A DNA stretch of 50,057 bases from positions 1 to 50,057 of IMG/VR virus record IMGVR_UViG_3300046411_000702; one strand, written 5' to 3'. Positions 18,889-29,497 of this stretch are shown piece by piece. The first letter of the stretch is position 1. Every line of letters starts with the position of its first letter. The notes under the pieces are model-generated. The model saw only the letters and a program-made list of their open reading frames with translations. It was not told where the DNA came from and made no database searches. The position numbers and the translations under genes are program-made. This DNA comes from a virus (lineage: Duplodnaviria > Caudoviricetes).

Positions 18889-19143
18889 ATGGCTTGGACA
18901 GAGGGAGTAATCAAACATCAAGGGGCAGACGTAATTATATCAAAAAATAATTCGTCAGATACGTTTCAAATGCCTATTGAAGTAAGTTTGAAAGTTGGTG
19001 ATTCGTTTGATTTTGAAAAAAAGAATTATGTAATTAATTCAATAACAAACTCAAGAGATGAATTTTATACAGTGTTAGCAGACGCTAACAATCAACCTAA
19101 ACCAGAAGGGAAAAAGGAAGATGACAAATCCAAAGAGGGGTGA
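18889..19143 (+). CDS. Hypothetical tail-region protein
   Basis: AAGGAG SD; ORF track. Confidence 0.6.
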   Translation: MAWTEGVIKHQGADVIISKNNSSDTFQMPIEVSLKVGDSFDFEKKNYVINSITNSRDEFYTVLADANNQPKPEGKKEDDKSKEG

Positions 19144-19465
19144 AGTAGAGCTACAGTTTGGCGATAAAAAATATCAAGGAAAAATTAATCTTGATACTAT
19201 TATGCGAATTGAAACTATGTTGGGGTGCAGTATTTTTAAGTTAACCCAACAACTCTCAGAGGGTTTATTATCAACTACTGAAATCATTGCGATTATTCAG
19301 CCAGTCCTTAGGAGCAGTTCTGAAAAACTTGAGGAAAAACAAGTAAAAGAACTAGTTTGGAGTTATGGTATAGCGAATGCTATGAGAGAATGTGGCAAGG
19401 TTTTAACTTTAGGTCTTTCATCTGGAGATGAGGGAAAGGAAGAACTGGAGGAGCAGACGACCTAA
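19121..19465 (+). CDS. Tail assembly chaperone gpG-like
   Basis: NPKRGEV N-terminus (GTA gp10-like); lies between tube and tape measure genes. Confidence 0.8.
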   Translation: MTNPKRGEVELQFGDKKYQGKINLDTIMRIETMLGCSIFKLTQQLSEGLLSTTEIIAIIQPVLRSSSEKLEEKQVKELVWSYGIANAMRECGKVLTLGLSSGDEGKEELEEQTT

Positions 19466-19656
19466 CTATTCCATGGAATGAGTTTATTAAGCTTGGTTTA
19501 GGTAAAATGATGCTTTCTCCTAATGAATTTTGGGATATGAGTTATTATGAATTTTATCAAGCTTGTGAAGGTTTTGCAGAATTCAACTCAGGGGGTAAGC
19601 CACAACCTCTTACACGAGATGAACTTAACGATTTAATGGAGCAATACCCAGACTAA
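19432..19656 (+). CDS. gpT-like extension reached by -1 frameshift at GGGAAAG (gpGT 19121-19656)
   Basis: G GGA AAG at 19432-19438; the -1 frame reads ...PWNEFIKLGLGKMMLSPNEFWDMS...PLTRDELNDLMEQYPD, and its stop overlaps the tape measure ATG. Confidence 0.85.
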   Translation, partial: GKGRTGGADDLTIPWNEFIKLGLGKMMLSPNEFWDMSYYEFYQACEGFAEFNSGGKPQPLTRDELNDLMEQYPD

Positions 19657-21677
19657 TGGCAACTGTAGATACATTACTAGTAGAAATTAAAGCTGATATG
19701 TCTGATTTGCGGAAGCAATTAAATCAAGCACGTAGAACAGTACAAGAGTCAACAGATAAACAGAAAAAAAGTTTTATTAGTCTAGGAACAGCTGTAAAAG
19801 GTGTTCTTGGTGGTGCTGTTGCTATAGCTGTCGCAAGATTTGGCATGAATATGGTCAATATGGCTTCAGCAGTTGAGGAAATGCAGGCTAAATCAGAAGT
19901 TGTATTTGGACAATTTGTAGGAAACGTTAGAAAAGAACTAGAAGAGTTTGGCGATGCAGTAGGAAGGTCAAGATTTGAGCTTGAAGGCATGGCATCAAGT
20001 GTACAGGATACGTTTGTCCCTCTTGGTTTTGCTAGAGGCGAGGCATCTCAATTATCAACGCAACTTACAAAATTAGCAGTAGACGTAGCATCTTTTAATA
20101 ATGTGCAAGACGCAGACGCTATGAGATCATTTCAATCTGCTTTGGTTGGTAACCATGAAGCAGTAAGAAGATTTGGTATTGTTATTACTGAGGCAGAGTT
20201 AAAGCAAGAACTCTTTAGGATGGGCATAACTAAAAATATTAATCAAGTTACTGCACAAGAAAAGGTACAAGCAAGGTTAAATTTAATTATTGCTGGTACT
20301 GCAGATGCACAAGGAGATGCAGAAAGAACTTCTGGTAGTTTTGCGAACTCAAGTAGGGCTTTAAGAGCACAGTTAGAAACACTTGGAACAGAGATTGGTC
20401 AAGAATTTTTACCAGCAATGACAAGATTAGTACAAATTACTACGAGTGCAGTAATAAGCATTAGAGATTTTTTGAGAGAAATGAATATTATTGGACAGAT
20501 AGATACTGCTACACGAATAGAAAAGTTGAATGAAGAATTAAAAGAACTTGAAGACAATATACAAAAAAATGAAAAACACTTAGAAGGTCTTTCAGATAGT
20601 GCGAAAAAATATGGTAGTAATGCTCTTGAGAAAATGATTGAAAAAGATAAACAAGAAGTCTCAAAATTAAAACAAGAGATTGCAGACCTGACTGAAGCAC
20701 AGAAAAAATTAAATAAAGCGACGGCTAAAACAGAAGATACGACAAAAATAACAGTAACTGCAAATCAAACATATATGAATACAGTAAAAAAATTAAAAGA
20801 AGAGCATAAATTGTTAAATTTAGAAATATCAGGGGCAACTGAACTTCAGATATTACAAGAAAAGGCAGTATTAAAAAGTAATGCGACAGGTGCAGAGCAA
20901 ATAATGACGATTGAGAATTTGATTTCAGCGAATGCAAGTCTAAGCGATTCTCTCAAAGAAATAAATGATGCAACAACGAGTTCAAAAAGTTTTTTAGAAA
21001 GCCTTAAAACAGAAGAAGAAAAACTAAAAAAACAACAAGAAGATTTAAATATTGCTTTTCTTGAAGGTAAAATAACACTTGATGAATTTAATAAAGGGAC
21101 AAAAGAATTAAATGAACAGTTATTTTTAACTTCAGACGAAGGTAAACTTGCACTTCAGGCGATAGATGGTCTTTCTTCAGGTTTAGCTGACACATTAGTG
21201 AACGCTTTAGAAACTGGTAAATTATCACTTAGAGATTTAGGTAACGTTGTGAAAGATGTTATGGCAGAAATGGCTAGGGACTTCATAAAAGCACAGATAA
21301 GAGCTATGATTTTAAAGGCAGTGTTAGCAAGTATGGGTGGTGGTCCTACTGCAGGTGGTGGAGGAATGGATATTGGAGGAACTTTTGCAGGTGGTGGTAC
21401 TGTTCAACCTAAAAAACCTATTTTAGTTGGTGAACGTGGTCCTGAGATATTTGTTCCTAATACTGGGGGTACGATTAAAAATAATATGGATAGTAAGAAT
21501 ATGGGTGGGAATACTGTAGTAGTAAATCAAAATGTTAACTTTACTACAGGAGTTGTGCCTACAGTAAGAGCAGAAGTAATAAATATGTTACCTATAATTA
21601 AACGAGAAACAATGAATGCCGTAGCAGACGCTAAACAAAGAGGTGGTTCATTTGCACAAGCTTTAGGGAGTAATTGA
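19656..21677 (+). CDS. Tape measure protein
   Basis: 673 aa, helical; C-terminal FAGGG.V..LVGERGPE.FVP. Confidence 0.92.
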   Translation: MATVDTLLVEIKADMSDLRKQLNQARRTVQESTDKQKKSFISLGTAVKGVLGGAVAIAVARFGMNMVNMASAVEEMQAKSEVVFGQFVGNVRKELEEFGDAVGRSRFELEGMASSVQDTFVPLGFARGEASQLSTQLTKLAVDVASFNNVQDADAMRSFQSALVGNHEAVRRFGIVITEAELKQELFRMGITKNINQVTAQEKVQARLNLIIAGTADAQGDAERTSGSFANSSRALRAQLETLGTEIGQEFLPAMTRLVQITTSAVISIRDFLREMNIIGQIDTATRIEKLNEELKELEDNIQKNEKHLEGLSDSAKKYGSNALEKMIEKDKQEVSKLKQEIADLTEAQKKLNKATAKTEDTTKITVTANQTYMNTVKKLKEEHKLLNLEISGATELQILQEKAVLKSNATGAEQIMTIENLISANASLSDSLKEINDATTSSKSFLESLKTEEEKLKKQQEDLNIAFLEGKITLDEFNKGTKELNEQLFLTSDEGKLALQAIDGLSSGLADTLVNALETGKLSLRDLGNVVKDVMAEMARDFIKAQIRAMILKAVLASMGGGPTAGGGGMDIGGTFAGGGTVQPKKPILVGERGPEIFVPNTGGTIKNNMDSKNMGGNTVVVNQNVNFTTGVVPTVRAEVINMLPIIKRETMNAVADAKQRGGSFAQALGSN

Positions 21678-22294
21678 TGTCAACACCAAGCTATCCTTTA
21701 TCATTACCTACCCCAAACTTTTCTTCAAGTATATTTGAAATAGCAAGAAAGACAGGATACACAGAAAGTACTTTTACTGGTAAACAACAAGTTCATGAAT
21801 ACCCTTACGCATTATGGAAAGCCACTTTAACTTTACCCCCTTTGAGAAGAGCAGATTGGAATAATTGGTCTGTATTTATTCTGCAATTAAGAGGACGTAG
21901 AGGTACATTTTTACTAGGTGACCCAGATAATACTGTTACCCAAGGTACAGCGACTGGGACAATCTTAACTAACGGAGCAACGAATGCAGGTGCTACACAA
22001 GTCAGTTTGAATGGTTTTAGTAATACAGGAACAATAAAAAAGGGTGATTACATTCAACTTGGTGCTAATGGCTCTAATACATTACATTTAGTAACTGCTG
22101 ACGCAACTGCCTCAGGTGGTGCTATGACAGTACATTTTGAACCAGCAACAAGAAGTGCTATAGCCAACGATACATCTGTTGTTTTTGGAAACACAGCTAA
22201 AGGTATATTTAGAATGGACGGTGATTTATATGGTTGGGAAGCTAACGCAGTTTCAACCTATGGGTTTTCATTTTCATGTACACAGGCTTTTTAG
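21677..22294 (+). CDS. Distal tail protein-like
   Basis: Follows tape measure; W.ATLTLPP, LRG, GDYIQLG. Confidence 0.7.
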   Translation: MSTPSYPLSLPTPNFSSSIFEIARKTGYTESTFTGKQQVHEYPYALWKATLTLPPLRRADWNNWSVFILQLRGRRGTFLLGDPDNTVTQGTATGTILTNGATNAGATQVSLNGFSNTGTIKKGDYIQLGANGSNTLHLVTADATASGGAMTVHFEPATRSAIANDTSVVFGNTAKGIFRMDGDLYGWEANAVSTYGFSFSCTQAF

Positions 22295-22867
22295 ATGACA
22301 AGAACATTAACTAATAGTGTAATTACAGAACTTACTGAAGATACAGTAAAACCTTTCTTTGCAGTCAAAGTTGCTTTTCCTTCAGGCACTTTAAGATTGT
22401 GGACTGGTTTAGGGGATATAAGCATCAGCTCTGAAACTTATAGTGGTACAGGCAATTTTTTAGGTGTATCAAATTTAAGTGAAACTGAGGAGTTTAAAGC
22501 TAGTGGTCTTGAATTAACATTATCAGGCATACCATCATCATTATTAGGCACTATGTTGACTGATAATTATCAAGGTTCTTTAGTCACAGTTCATTTTGGA
22601 TTTTTATCTGAGGCATCAACAGGTTTAAGCGTAGTAGCTGACCCTTTTGTAATTTTCCAAGGTTTATCTGATACATTAGAGCTTTCTGAAGGTGCTGAAA
22701 CCTTAACTGCTAAAATGAAAGTAGAAAGTAGGTTGATAGCCATGGAGGAAAGCAGGGCTAGAAGATACACTAATGAGGATCAACAAATTACTCATTCTGA
22801 TGATACTAGTCTAAGGTTTGTAGCAGGTCTTCAGGATAAAGAAATAGTATGGGGTAAGGGTTCGTGA
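22295..22867 (+). CDS. Minor tail tip protein
   Basis: LRLWTG.G, LTLSG, RYTNEDQ, IVWG. Confidence 0.75.
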   Translation: MTRTLTNSVITELTEDTVKPFFAVKVAFPSGTLRLWTGLGDISISSETYSGTGNFLGVSNLSETEEFKASGLELTLSGIPSSLLGTMLTDNYQGSLVTVHFGFLSEASTGLSVVADPFVIFQGLSDTLELSEGAETLTAKMKVESRLIAMEESRARRYTNEDQQITHSDDTSLRFVAGLQDKEIVWGKGS

Positions 22868-23328
22868 TTTGGTTTAAAAATAAAACAAGAGTTAATGATT
22901 GGCAAAAACGACTTAATGATGTTTTTGAGAAGTATGAATACAGCGAGTTTAAATGGGGATACACAGATTGTTTCTGTTTTGCTAGTGATTGTATCAAAGC
23001 AATGACAAACTATGGTCCTATGGACGGATTTAAGGGAATATACAGTACTGAAAACGAGGCACACGCACTTTTGACTAATGGTGGAAAGGGCATGGATAAC
23101 AAATACTATAGATATAATGGCACGATAGGTTTCTGGTCTTCATTTTTAGGAGAGCCAAAAAATATAGGTGGAGCTATGATTGGCGATATAGTTCTTACAC
23201 ATATTCCAAAACATGACCTTGTAACTGGTGTCGTTAATGATACTGGTAGATTTGTATATCTTAAGTCAATAGGTAAAGACCTTATAGAAGTTCCCATACA
23301 AAGAACAAAATATATCTGGGGAGTATAA
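22864..23328 (+). CDS. NlpC/P60-like tail assembly protein
   Basis: FKWG..DC..F, GDIV; GTG start. Confidence 0.7.
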   Translation: MIWFKNKTRVNDWQKRLNDVFEKYEYSEFKWGYTDCFCFASDCIKAMTNYGPMDGFKGIYSTENEAHALLTNGGKGMDNKYYRYNGTIGFWSSFLGEPKNIGGAMIGDIVLTHIPKHDLVTGVVNDTGRFVYLKSIGKDLIEVPIQRTKYIWGV

Positions 23329-26079
23329 ATGCCACCAGTCGTAGTTACAGCAGTAATAAGTGCAACCATAACAGCAGGGGCTTACGCTATCACTATAGGG
23401 GCGATAACATCTGCTGTTGTTACTATGTTTGTCGCTACGTTCGTTCTTTCTTTAGCTTCATCTATGTTAATGCCTAAACCTAAAATGCCAACTATAGGGG
23501 GGATTCAATCGTCTATGGACGAAAGAAAGCAGATGATTAAACAGCCTGCACACCCCAGAAGGACAATTTATGGTTATTCCAAAGTCAGTGGTGTTATATT
23601 ATTTATTGAAACAGCAAGTAATAATCAAGATTTATATATGGTTTTAGCTCTTGCCTCTCATGAAATTGATGGTGTTGCAAGAGTATATATTGGAGAAACA
23701 CCTGTTACATTTGATGGTGACATTACTTCAGGCTTTAGAACTTCAACAAACCCTACAGAGTTCTCAGGAAAAGTTCACGCTCAATTATTAACAGGAACTA
23801 CAACACAAACGTTACCTACTGATTTTACTTCAAATACTGAGTTAGCAACTACAGATAAATTTAAAGGAATAGCTTGTTTATGTATTAAAATGAATTATGA
23901 CAGAGACAGTTTCCCTAACGGAATACCAGCAGTTTTTGCTTTAGTAAGAGGTAAAAAAATACATGATTTGAATAGATCAGGCACACATTATAGTAATAAT
24001 CCTGCATTTATATTTAGGGATTACATGCTTGATACAAGTTTTGGAGTAGGTGCAGGCACAAGTGAAGTTGATGACACCCAACTCGCTTCAGCAGGGTCTA
24101 CTTGTCATTCATGGTTTGCTCATAGAGATAATACAGATAATAGGACAGATGATTATACAATATTTACATTAAGTGGCACTAATCACTTTTTAAATGATGG
24201 TACTGTAGTTACACTTCATGATGGTGATGAACTTACTATAAGTGGCACTGCTTACTATGTAATCCTTACTGACGCTTTAATACAACACCATGTAGGAACT
24301 GATAGTGCAACTTCAACTAAACATCAGTCATTTAGATTAGCCACTAGTCAATCAAACTGGCGAAGTAGAAACGCTACATTACCAACTAATACGACTACTG
24401 TAACTGCAAAAAGAACTAAAGAAATAAGATATGGTTGTGATGGCACTATATTATCAGAATCAACTCACGAAACCAATCTGACACAAATCCTTTCGTCATG
24501 TGGTGGTGCTGTTACTTATACAGGTGGAGTCTTTAGAATGGCTCCCTCTATTTTTCAATCGCCAAGTATAAGCTTTACTGATGATGATATAATTGGTCCT
24601 ATTGAGCTATCAACCAAAATACAAAGACGAGAAAGGTTTAATGGAGTAAAAGGAAAATTTATTGGTCCAGAAAATAATTGGCAAGAGTCTGATTTTCCTG
24701 CTTTTAATCAAACAAGCTTTATTACTGAAGATGGTCAAACTATATTTAGGGATATACAGATGCCTATGACTATTAGTGGTTCTCAAGCACAAAGAGTTGC
24801 AAAAACATTATTATTTCAATCAAGAAACGAAATACAATGCTCACTTCATGTAAATTTAAAAGGTTTAAGATTAATTCCTAATGATAGAGTGCAAGTTACT
24901 TCAACTAGATTAGGTTTTACTAATCAAATATTTCGTGTAGTAAGCGTAAGTTTTGGTTCTATGGGAGATGCTTTAGGAACTGTACTTACACTAAAAGAAG
25001 ATACATCAAACGCATATGATTTTGACCCTGCTAATGATGCAGTTATAGTTGACCCTACACCTGATACAACCTTACCTAATTTTAGAACAGTCAGCACTCC
25101 CACTATTAATAGTTTTACTAATACTGGTGATTTAAATAATGATGGTAATATTCTTTCAAGTGCCATTTTAAATTTTACTGAAAGTACTAGTGGGTTTATA
25201 AAACATACTGAAGTTGTTATTGAGGCTCAACTTAGTGGGTCATTCGTTCCTGTTGATACACAAATACTTCCTCAAGGCTCAACACAAACAAGGTTTGGTG
25301 GTTTAATAGTTGGTAGGGTATATAGGGCAAAAGTTACTTGTGTTTCAGTTCTTGATGTAAGTTCTTCTACAGCCACATCAAGTAATCTTACGATAACAGC
25401 AGATACAACTGCTCCAAGTGCATATACAGGTCTTACTGCTTCTGCTATAGCAGAGGGTGTTTTATTAGAATTTACTAATCCATCTGATTCAGATTTTAGA
25501 GGTGCAGAGTTTGTTATGAGAACTGGTACAGGAAATCCAAATAGTGGTGGAGATGCTACAATAAACTTCTCAATATCTGCAAACCCATCAAGGGTAATGA
25601 AAGTGCCAAGAACAAATCTTACTTCAGGAACTCAACAAAGATTTTGGGTCAGGTCTATTGATCAAACTGGCAATTCTAGTGCTTTTTTTCCAGATAATGC
25701 AGACGGAATTACTGCTACACCTGCAATAGGTGGTATAGACGTCAAGGTAGGTGGTTCATCAATAGTAAGTAATGGTGTAGCAACTTTAGGAAGTTTCGCA
25801 CAGATTGATCAGATTAGTGGTGCTAATCATGCGACTTTAATTGCAAGTGGGGCTATAGGCAGTACAGTTATTGCTGACGGAGCAATCACAACTGATAAGA
25901 TAAACGCAGGTGCAGTAAATGCAGGTAAAATTAGTGTAAGCAGTTTGAGTTCATTAACTGCTACTATTGGAACATTACAAAGTGCTAGTTCAGGAGCAAG
26001 ATTAGTAATTGAAACTGATAAATTAAGGGTTTTTGATAGCAACAATAATGAAAGAGTAAGAATTGGTAATTTATCATGA
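23329..26079 (+). CDS. Tail tip / central fibre (gpJ-like hub) protein
   Basis: IYG, GIP..ALVRGKKI, NPA..DY, FNGVKG.F, Fn3-like DTTAPS region; 916 aa. Confidence 0.88.
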   Translation: MPPVVVTAVISATITAGAYAITIGAITSAVVTMFVATFVLSLASSMLMPKPKMPTIGGIQSSMDERKQMIKQPAHPRRTIYGYSKVSGVILFIETASNNQDLYMVLALASHEIDGVARVYIGETPVTFDGDITSGFRTSTNPTEFSGKVHAQLLTGTTTQTLPTDFTSNTELATTDKFKGIACLCIKMNYDRDSFPNGIPAVFALVRGKKIHDLNRSGTHYSNNPAFIFRDYMLDTSFGVGAGTSEVDDTQLASAGSTCHSWFAHRDNTDNRTDDYTIFTLSGTNHFLNDGTVVTLHDGDELTISGTAYYVILTDALIQHHVGTDSATSTKHQSFRLATSQSNWRSRNATLPTNTTTVTAKRTKEIRYGCDGTILSESTHETNLTQILSSCGGAVTYTGGVFRMAPSIFQSPSISFTDDDIIGPIELSTKIQRRERFNGVKGKFIGPENNWQESDFPAFNQTSFITEDGQTIFRDIQMPMTISGSQAQRVAKTLLFQSRNEIQCSLHVNLKGLRLIPNDRVQVTSTRLGFTNQIFRVVSVSFGSMGDALGTVLTLKEDTSNAYDFDPANDAVIVDPTPDTTLPNFRTVSTPTINSFTNTGDLNNDGNILSSAILNFTESTSGFIKHTEVVIEAQLSGSFVPVDTQILPQGSTQTRFGGLIVGRVYRAKVTCVSVLDVSSSTATSSNLTITADTTAPSAYTGLTASAIAEGVLLEFTNPSDSDFRGAEFVMRTGTGNPNSGGDATINFSISANPSRVMKVPRTNLTSGTQQRFWVRSIDQTGNSSAFFPDNADGITATPAIGGIDVKVGGSSIVSNGVATLGSFAQIDQISGANHATLIASGAIGSTVIADGAITTDKINAGAVNAGKISVSSLSSLTATIGTLQSASSGARLVIETDKLRVFDSNNNERVRIGNLS

Positions 26080-26402
26080 GTTTTGGTTTACAAATCAAAG
26101 AACCTGCAGGTACAGTTTTTGATCTTGATGATACAACACTTTTACAAGTTGATTTCTTCGCTGTGCAACAAGGACAATCAATTACAAAAAATTTTAGCTT
26201 TTTGCCGTCAGGTGCAACTCTCTCAACTGCAATAGTCTTTCTTAATCAACCCCCTCAAGATGAGCAATTCGTCTTGCCAACGATAAGTATATCAGGAACG
26301 TCAATGACAGTAACTGGTATAAATAGCTCAAGTTCAACTAATGTTTCTGGTTCATTCACAGTTCAATCAGGGACAGTTTTTGTTTTGGTGTTTGCAAAAT
26401 GA
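26076..26402 (+). CDS. Tail tip accessory protein
   Basis: MSFGL.IK N-terminus shared with the next ORF. Confidence 0.65.
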   Translation: MSFGLQIKEPAGTVFDLDDTTLLQVDFFAVQQGQSITKNFSFLPSGATLSTAIVFLNQPPQDEQFVLPTISISGTSMTVTGINSSSSTNVSGSFTVQSGTVFVLVFAK

Positions 26403-27871
26403 GTTTTGGTCTTTCTATAAAAAATAATAGCAATGAGTTTCTTATAAGTTCTGATATGAGAAACTTGCATCATTTGACCACAATAACTAACCCAAGTATA
26501 AGTGTGCCAAACGTAAATTATGGTGGCATAACTAGATTTACTTATACATTCACCCTTAATTCAAACTTTGTTCCTGTACCTTTTTTTACAACACCATTTA
26601 CAGATAGATATTATGCAATAGAAAAAATAAGTAATTCAGGCAATACTTGGACTGTGCAACTTATAAGTAGTAGTGGATTTCCAACTACAACAGATACTGG
26701 TTCCAATCCTAGTGGTTCACAGATAACAACAAGTTTATCAAGTGTTCAGTATAATGCACAATCAGCCCAAATACAAAGTGGATTACTTACTGGTAATTTC
26801 TTCGTTGAATTGATTGCAGTTGGCAGTCAACCACTTAGTGCAGGAACTAGCTTCAACGGACAGGTTGGGTTAAGAATAAGATGGGATGGGTCAACTGTAC
26901 CATTACAAGGTGCAGATAGTAATGGCAGAGTAACTCTTAATGTAACAAATGGTGTTTATGCTACTGGTTATACAGCAGATGGTAATGCAGGTTTCGTTTC
27001 AACAGATGGTAATGCTTACTTTCCATTTGAAACTAACGGAACAGATCAACCCTCTCATGTTGCAGATAATCCACACGATACGGCAGGTGATTTTAATAAC
27101 TCTACTTTCGTTCACACATCAGTAGCTTTATTCAAGGTAGCAAGACAAACCTATACAACAACTGGTGGCTCAAGTGGAAATTCAGCATCAGGAAGTTATG
27201 GCTCAACACAAATCCCAAAACTTATAGTCTTTGCTGATGCTAGAGCAGTTTCATCAAGTGATACATACGGAATGAAAGTATTTAAAGACGATGGTACACC
27301 TGCATTTGATAATAGAAAAAAACCTTTAGTAATAAAACAAGTGACATCAGTTTCACACCCAACCAATGCTACGAATAATTTTTCAGGAAGTGGATTAAGT
27401 GCAAGAAACGCTAGTGGACCAACTTCAACTTGGTCAACACAAGCTACACCAAATCAATTCAATGAAATATCTGTAAATTCTATGCCAAATAATACAATGT
27501 TTTATTATGCAACAGTTACACAAGTTCATCAGCAATCATCAAAAACTGAATTAGAAGAAGAATGTGATGGAGTTGAGGTAAAGGGTAACTGCTTGGGTTC
27601 AAGAAGAACCTATACTTGGCGTTCAACGTATTGGAATTTTTATAGAGGTGGGGTACAAAGGCACGCTGACGATGAAATATACGCAGGATATATTAATGTT
27701 GAGTTTGGTTCTTACCATTCAAGAACTACAAGTGGTGGTTTCTTTGGGTTTGATACTGGTAATTCATCAGGAAGTTCTGTAGGAAAATGGCCATGGGATA
27801 GTGGGCAAATAAACACATCAGGCACAGGTGTAAATACAATTTTAATTGCAGATGCTACAAATTACATATAG
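26399..27871 (+). CDS. Tail tip accessory / candidate receptor-binding protein
   Basis: MSFGLSIK and internal YGMKVF..G..FD repeats; S/T/G-rich. Confidence 0.65.
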   Translation: MSFGLSIKNNSNEFLISSDMRNLHHLTTITNPSISVPNVNYGGITRFTYTFTLNSNFVPVPFFTTPFTDRYYAIEKISNSGNTWTVQLISSSGFPTTTDTGSNPSGSQITTSLSSVQYNAQSAQIQSGLLTGNFFVELIAVGSQPLSAGTSFNGQVGLRIRWDGSTVPLQGADSNGRVTLNVTNGVYATGYTADGNAGFVSTDGNAYFPFETNGTDQPSHVADNPHDTAGDFNNSTFVHTSVALFKVARQTYTTTGGSSGNSASGSYGSTQIPKLIVFADARAVSSSDTYGMKVFKDDGTPAFDNRKKPLVIKQVTSVSHPTNATNNFSGSGLSARNASGPTSTWSTQATPNQFNEISVNSMPNNTMFYYATVTQVHQQSSKTELEEECDGVEVKGNCLGSRRTYTWRSTYWNFYRGGVQRHADDEIYAGYINVEFGSYHSRTTSGGFFGFDTGNSSGSSVGKWPWDSGQINTSGTGVNTILIADATNYI

Positions 27872-27880
27872 TTATATAAT

Positions 27881-28549
27881 ATGGCAGAGATAATAACATT
27901 AAATGATAATACAATAATAAAGAATTATCCTAGTTTTCATGATAATTGGCAGACTAACTTTGATATTTTAAAAAATAAATTTGAATGGGTTACTGGAGAA
28001 GATACTTTAATGGTTCAAGAACCATTTAAACATGAATATTTTGATGAACTAAGCGTAAGGACATGTTTGCCAAGAAGAGTATGTAGTAAATACAACAATG
28101 ATAACTTTGCTACTTGTCATAGAGTTCATTTATTAGAAAGCCAAAAGTCAAGAATTTTACTATCAACTGGTTACTGGGTTGCACAAGAAGATTACCCTAA
28201 CTGGGCTGAAAATGGAATTTATATTATTGCAAAGTCAATATGGGTTACTGAAGATGGAAAAGACACAAAAAGTGAGTTTGATGATTTTGAAGAATATTAT
28301 TTTAGATGCACAAGTACGATAGCTAAAAACTCATACGGACACACTGTAAGTGATGATAATGATACAATATTATTGTCTGCCCTTGTTAAAACTGATGGAA
28401 ATGTGATAGCGTATAGAAAACACGAAACTAATTCAGAAATAGAAGATAATGAATTTTTGGATAATTGGGTAGGTGTTTATGTTGCAACAGCCAAGCAACA
28501 AAACAAAAAAGAGTTTGCAAAAAGTTTATTTCAGAGTGGTTTAGTGTAA
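27881..28549 (+). CDS. Hypothetical protein
   Basis: 222-aa ORF coupled to the next gene. Confidence 0.65.
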   Translation: MAEIITLNDNTIIKNYPSFHDNWQTNFDILKNKFEWVTGEDTLMVQEPFKHEYFDELSVRTCLPRRVCSKYNNDNFATCHRVHLLESQKSRILLSTGYWVAQEDYPNWAENGIYIIAKSIWVTEDGKDTKSEFDDFEEYYFRCTSTIAKNSYGHTVSDDNDTILLSALVKTDGNVIAYRKHETNSEIEDNEFLDNWVGVYVATAKQQNKKEFAKSLFQSGLV

Positions 28550-28755
28550 TGGATTTAATATATCTTATTGATGGTCTTATGGGAGTGGTAATAATGGGAG
28601 GTGGTTGGTTTTTAAATTCTCAAGCAAGAGAATTGAAAAGAGTTGAAATATTACTGAATAAAACTAGAGAAGATTATGCAAAAAGAGATGATGTGGTCAA
28701 TACGATTAACAGACTTGAAGAAAAAGTAGATAGAATATTGGAGAGATTAAAATGA
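28549..28755 (+). CDS. Small membrane protein with coiled coil (lysis region)
   Basis: TAATG coupling; N-terminal TM segment; RLEEKVDR. Confidence 0.65.
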   Translation: MDLIYLIDGLMGVVIMGGGWFLNSQARELKRVEILLNKTREDYAKRDDVVNTINRLEEKVDRILERLK

Positions 28756-29180
28756 AATTAGAAAGACTTACAGAACAGTTAAGATTCCATGAAGGTGTAG
28801 AACATAAGGTTTACAAAGACCATCTTGGCATAGAAACAATAGGTGTAGGCAGAAATCTTGTTGATAGAGGCTTATCAGATCATGAGATAAACGTTTTACT
28901 AGCAAATGATATTAATATTTGTGAAGAAGAACTTAATAAAAAAATGCCATGGTGGAAAGAATTAGACGAGGTTAGGCAGAGATGTTTAATAGATTTAGTT
29001 TTTAATCTTGGAATGCCTAGATTTTCTCAATTCGTGAAAACTATAAAGCACTTAAAAAATAATGAGTTTGAACAAGCTTCAAGTGAGTTACTTGACTCAA
29101 ACTATGCAAGACAAGTAGGGGCTAGGGCTAATCGTATAGCTGAAATGATAAGAACAGGGCAAGACAGCGAGGACTTTTAA
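28752..29180 (+). CDS. Endolysin, T4 lysozyme-like (GH24)
   Basis: HEG..Y.D.LG..TIGVGRN, FNLG, L.S.YA.QVG.RA. Confidence 0.9.
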   Translation: MKLERLTEQLRFHEGVEHKVYKDHLGIETIGVGRNLVDRGLSDHEINVLLANDINICEEELNKKMPWWKELDEVRQRCLIDLVFNLGMPRFSQFVKTIKHLKNNEFEQASSELLDSNYARQVGARANRIAEMIRTGQDSEDF

Positions 29181-29497
29181 TGTCAAAAAAACTTCAAGTA
29201 GACTCAATGTACGAAAACTACGATAGAGATGGAGATGGTATAGTTTCAGACGAAGAATTATCACATATGAGTGAGATAAAAAAACTAGAACATGACCTAC
29301 GAAAACAAAGAGCACAAAGAAGAATGGCAACTGCCAGTTTGGTTGCAATGGGTGCTTTTACTTTTGCAATGTTCTTGGTTGATGTTGAGAGGGTCAAGGC
29401 ATTATCTGATATTTCAAATTTATTTTATATTAGTGGTGCTGGTATCGTGGGTGCATATATGGGTGCGTCTGCTTTTATGACTAAGAATGGTAAGTGA
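29180..29497 (+). CDS. Two-TM membrane protein with EF-hand-like loop (holin candidate)
   Basis: DRDGDGIVSDEE followed by two hydrophobic helices. Confidence 0.6.
   Translation: MSKKLQVDSMYENYDRDGDGIVSDEELSHMSEIKKLEHDLRKQRAQRRMATASLVAMGAFTFAMFLVDVERVKALSDISNLFYISGAGIVGAYMGASAFMTKNGK

Noticed and set aside
2891-26045. Many short minus-strand ORFs opposite structural genes (for example 2891, 5317, 7117, 12091, 19724, 24924)
   Set aside because: Antisense shadows of well-supported plus-strand genes, with no recognisable motifs.
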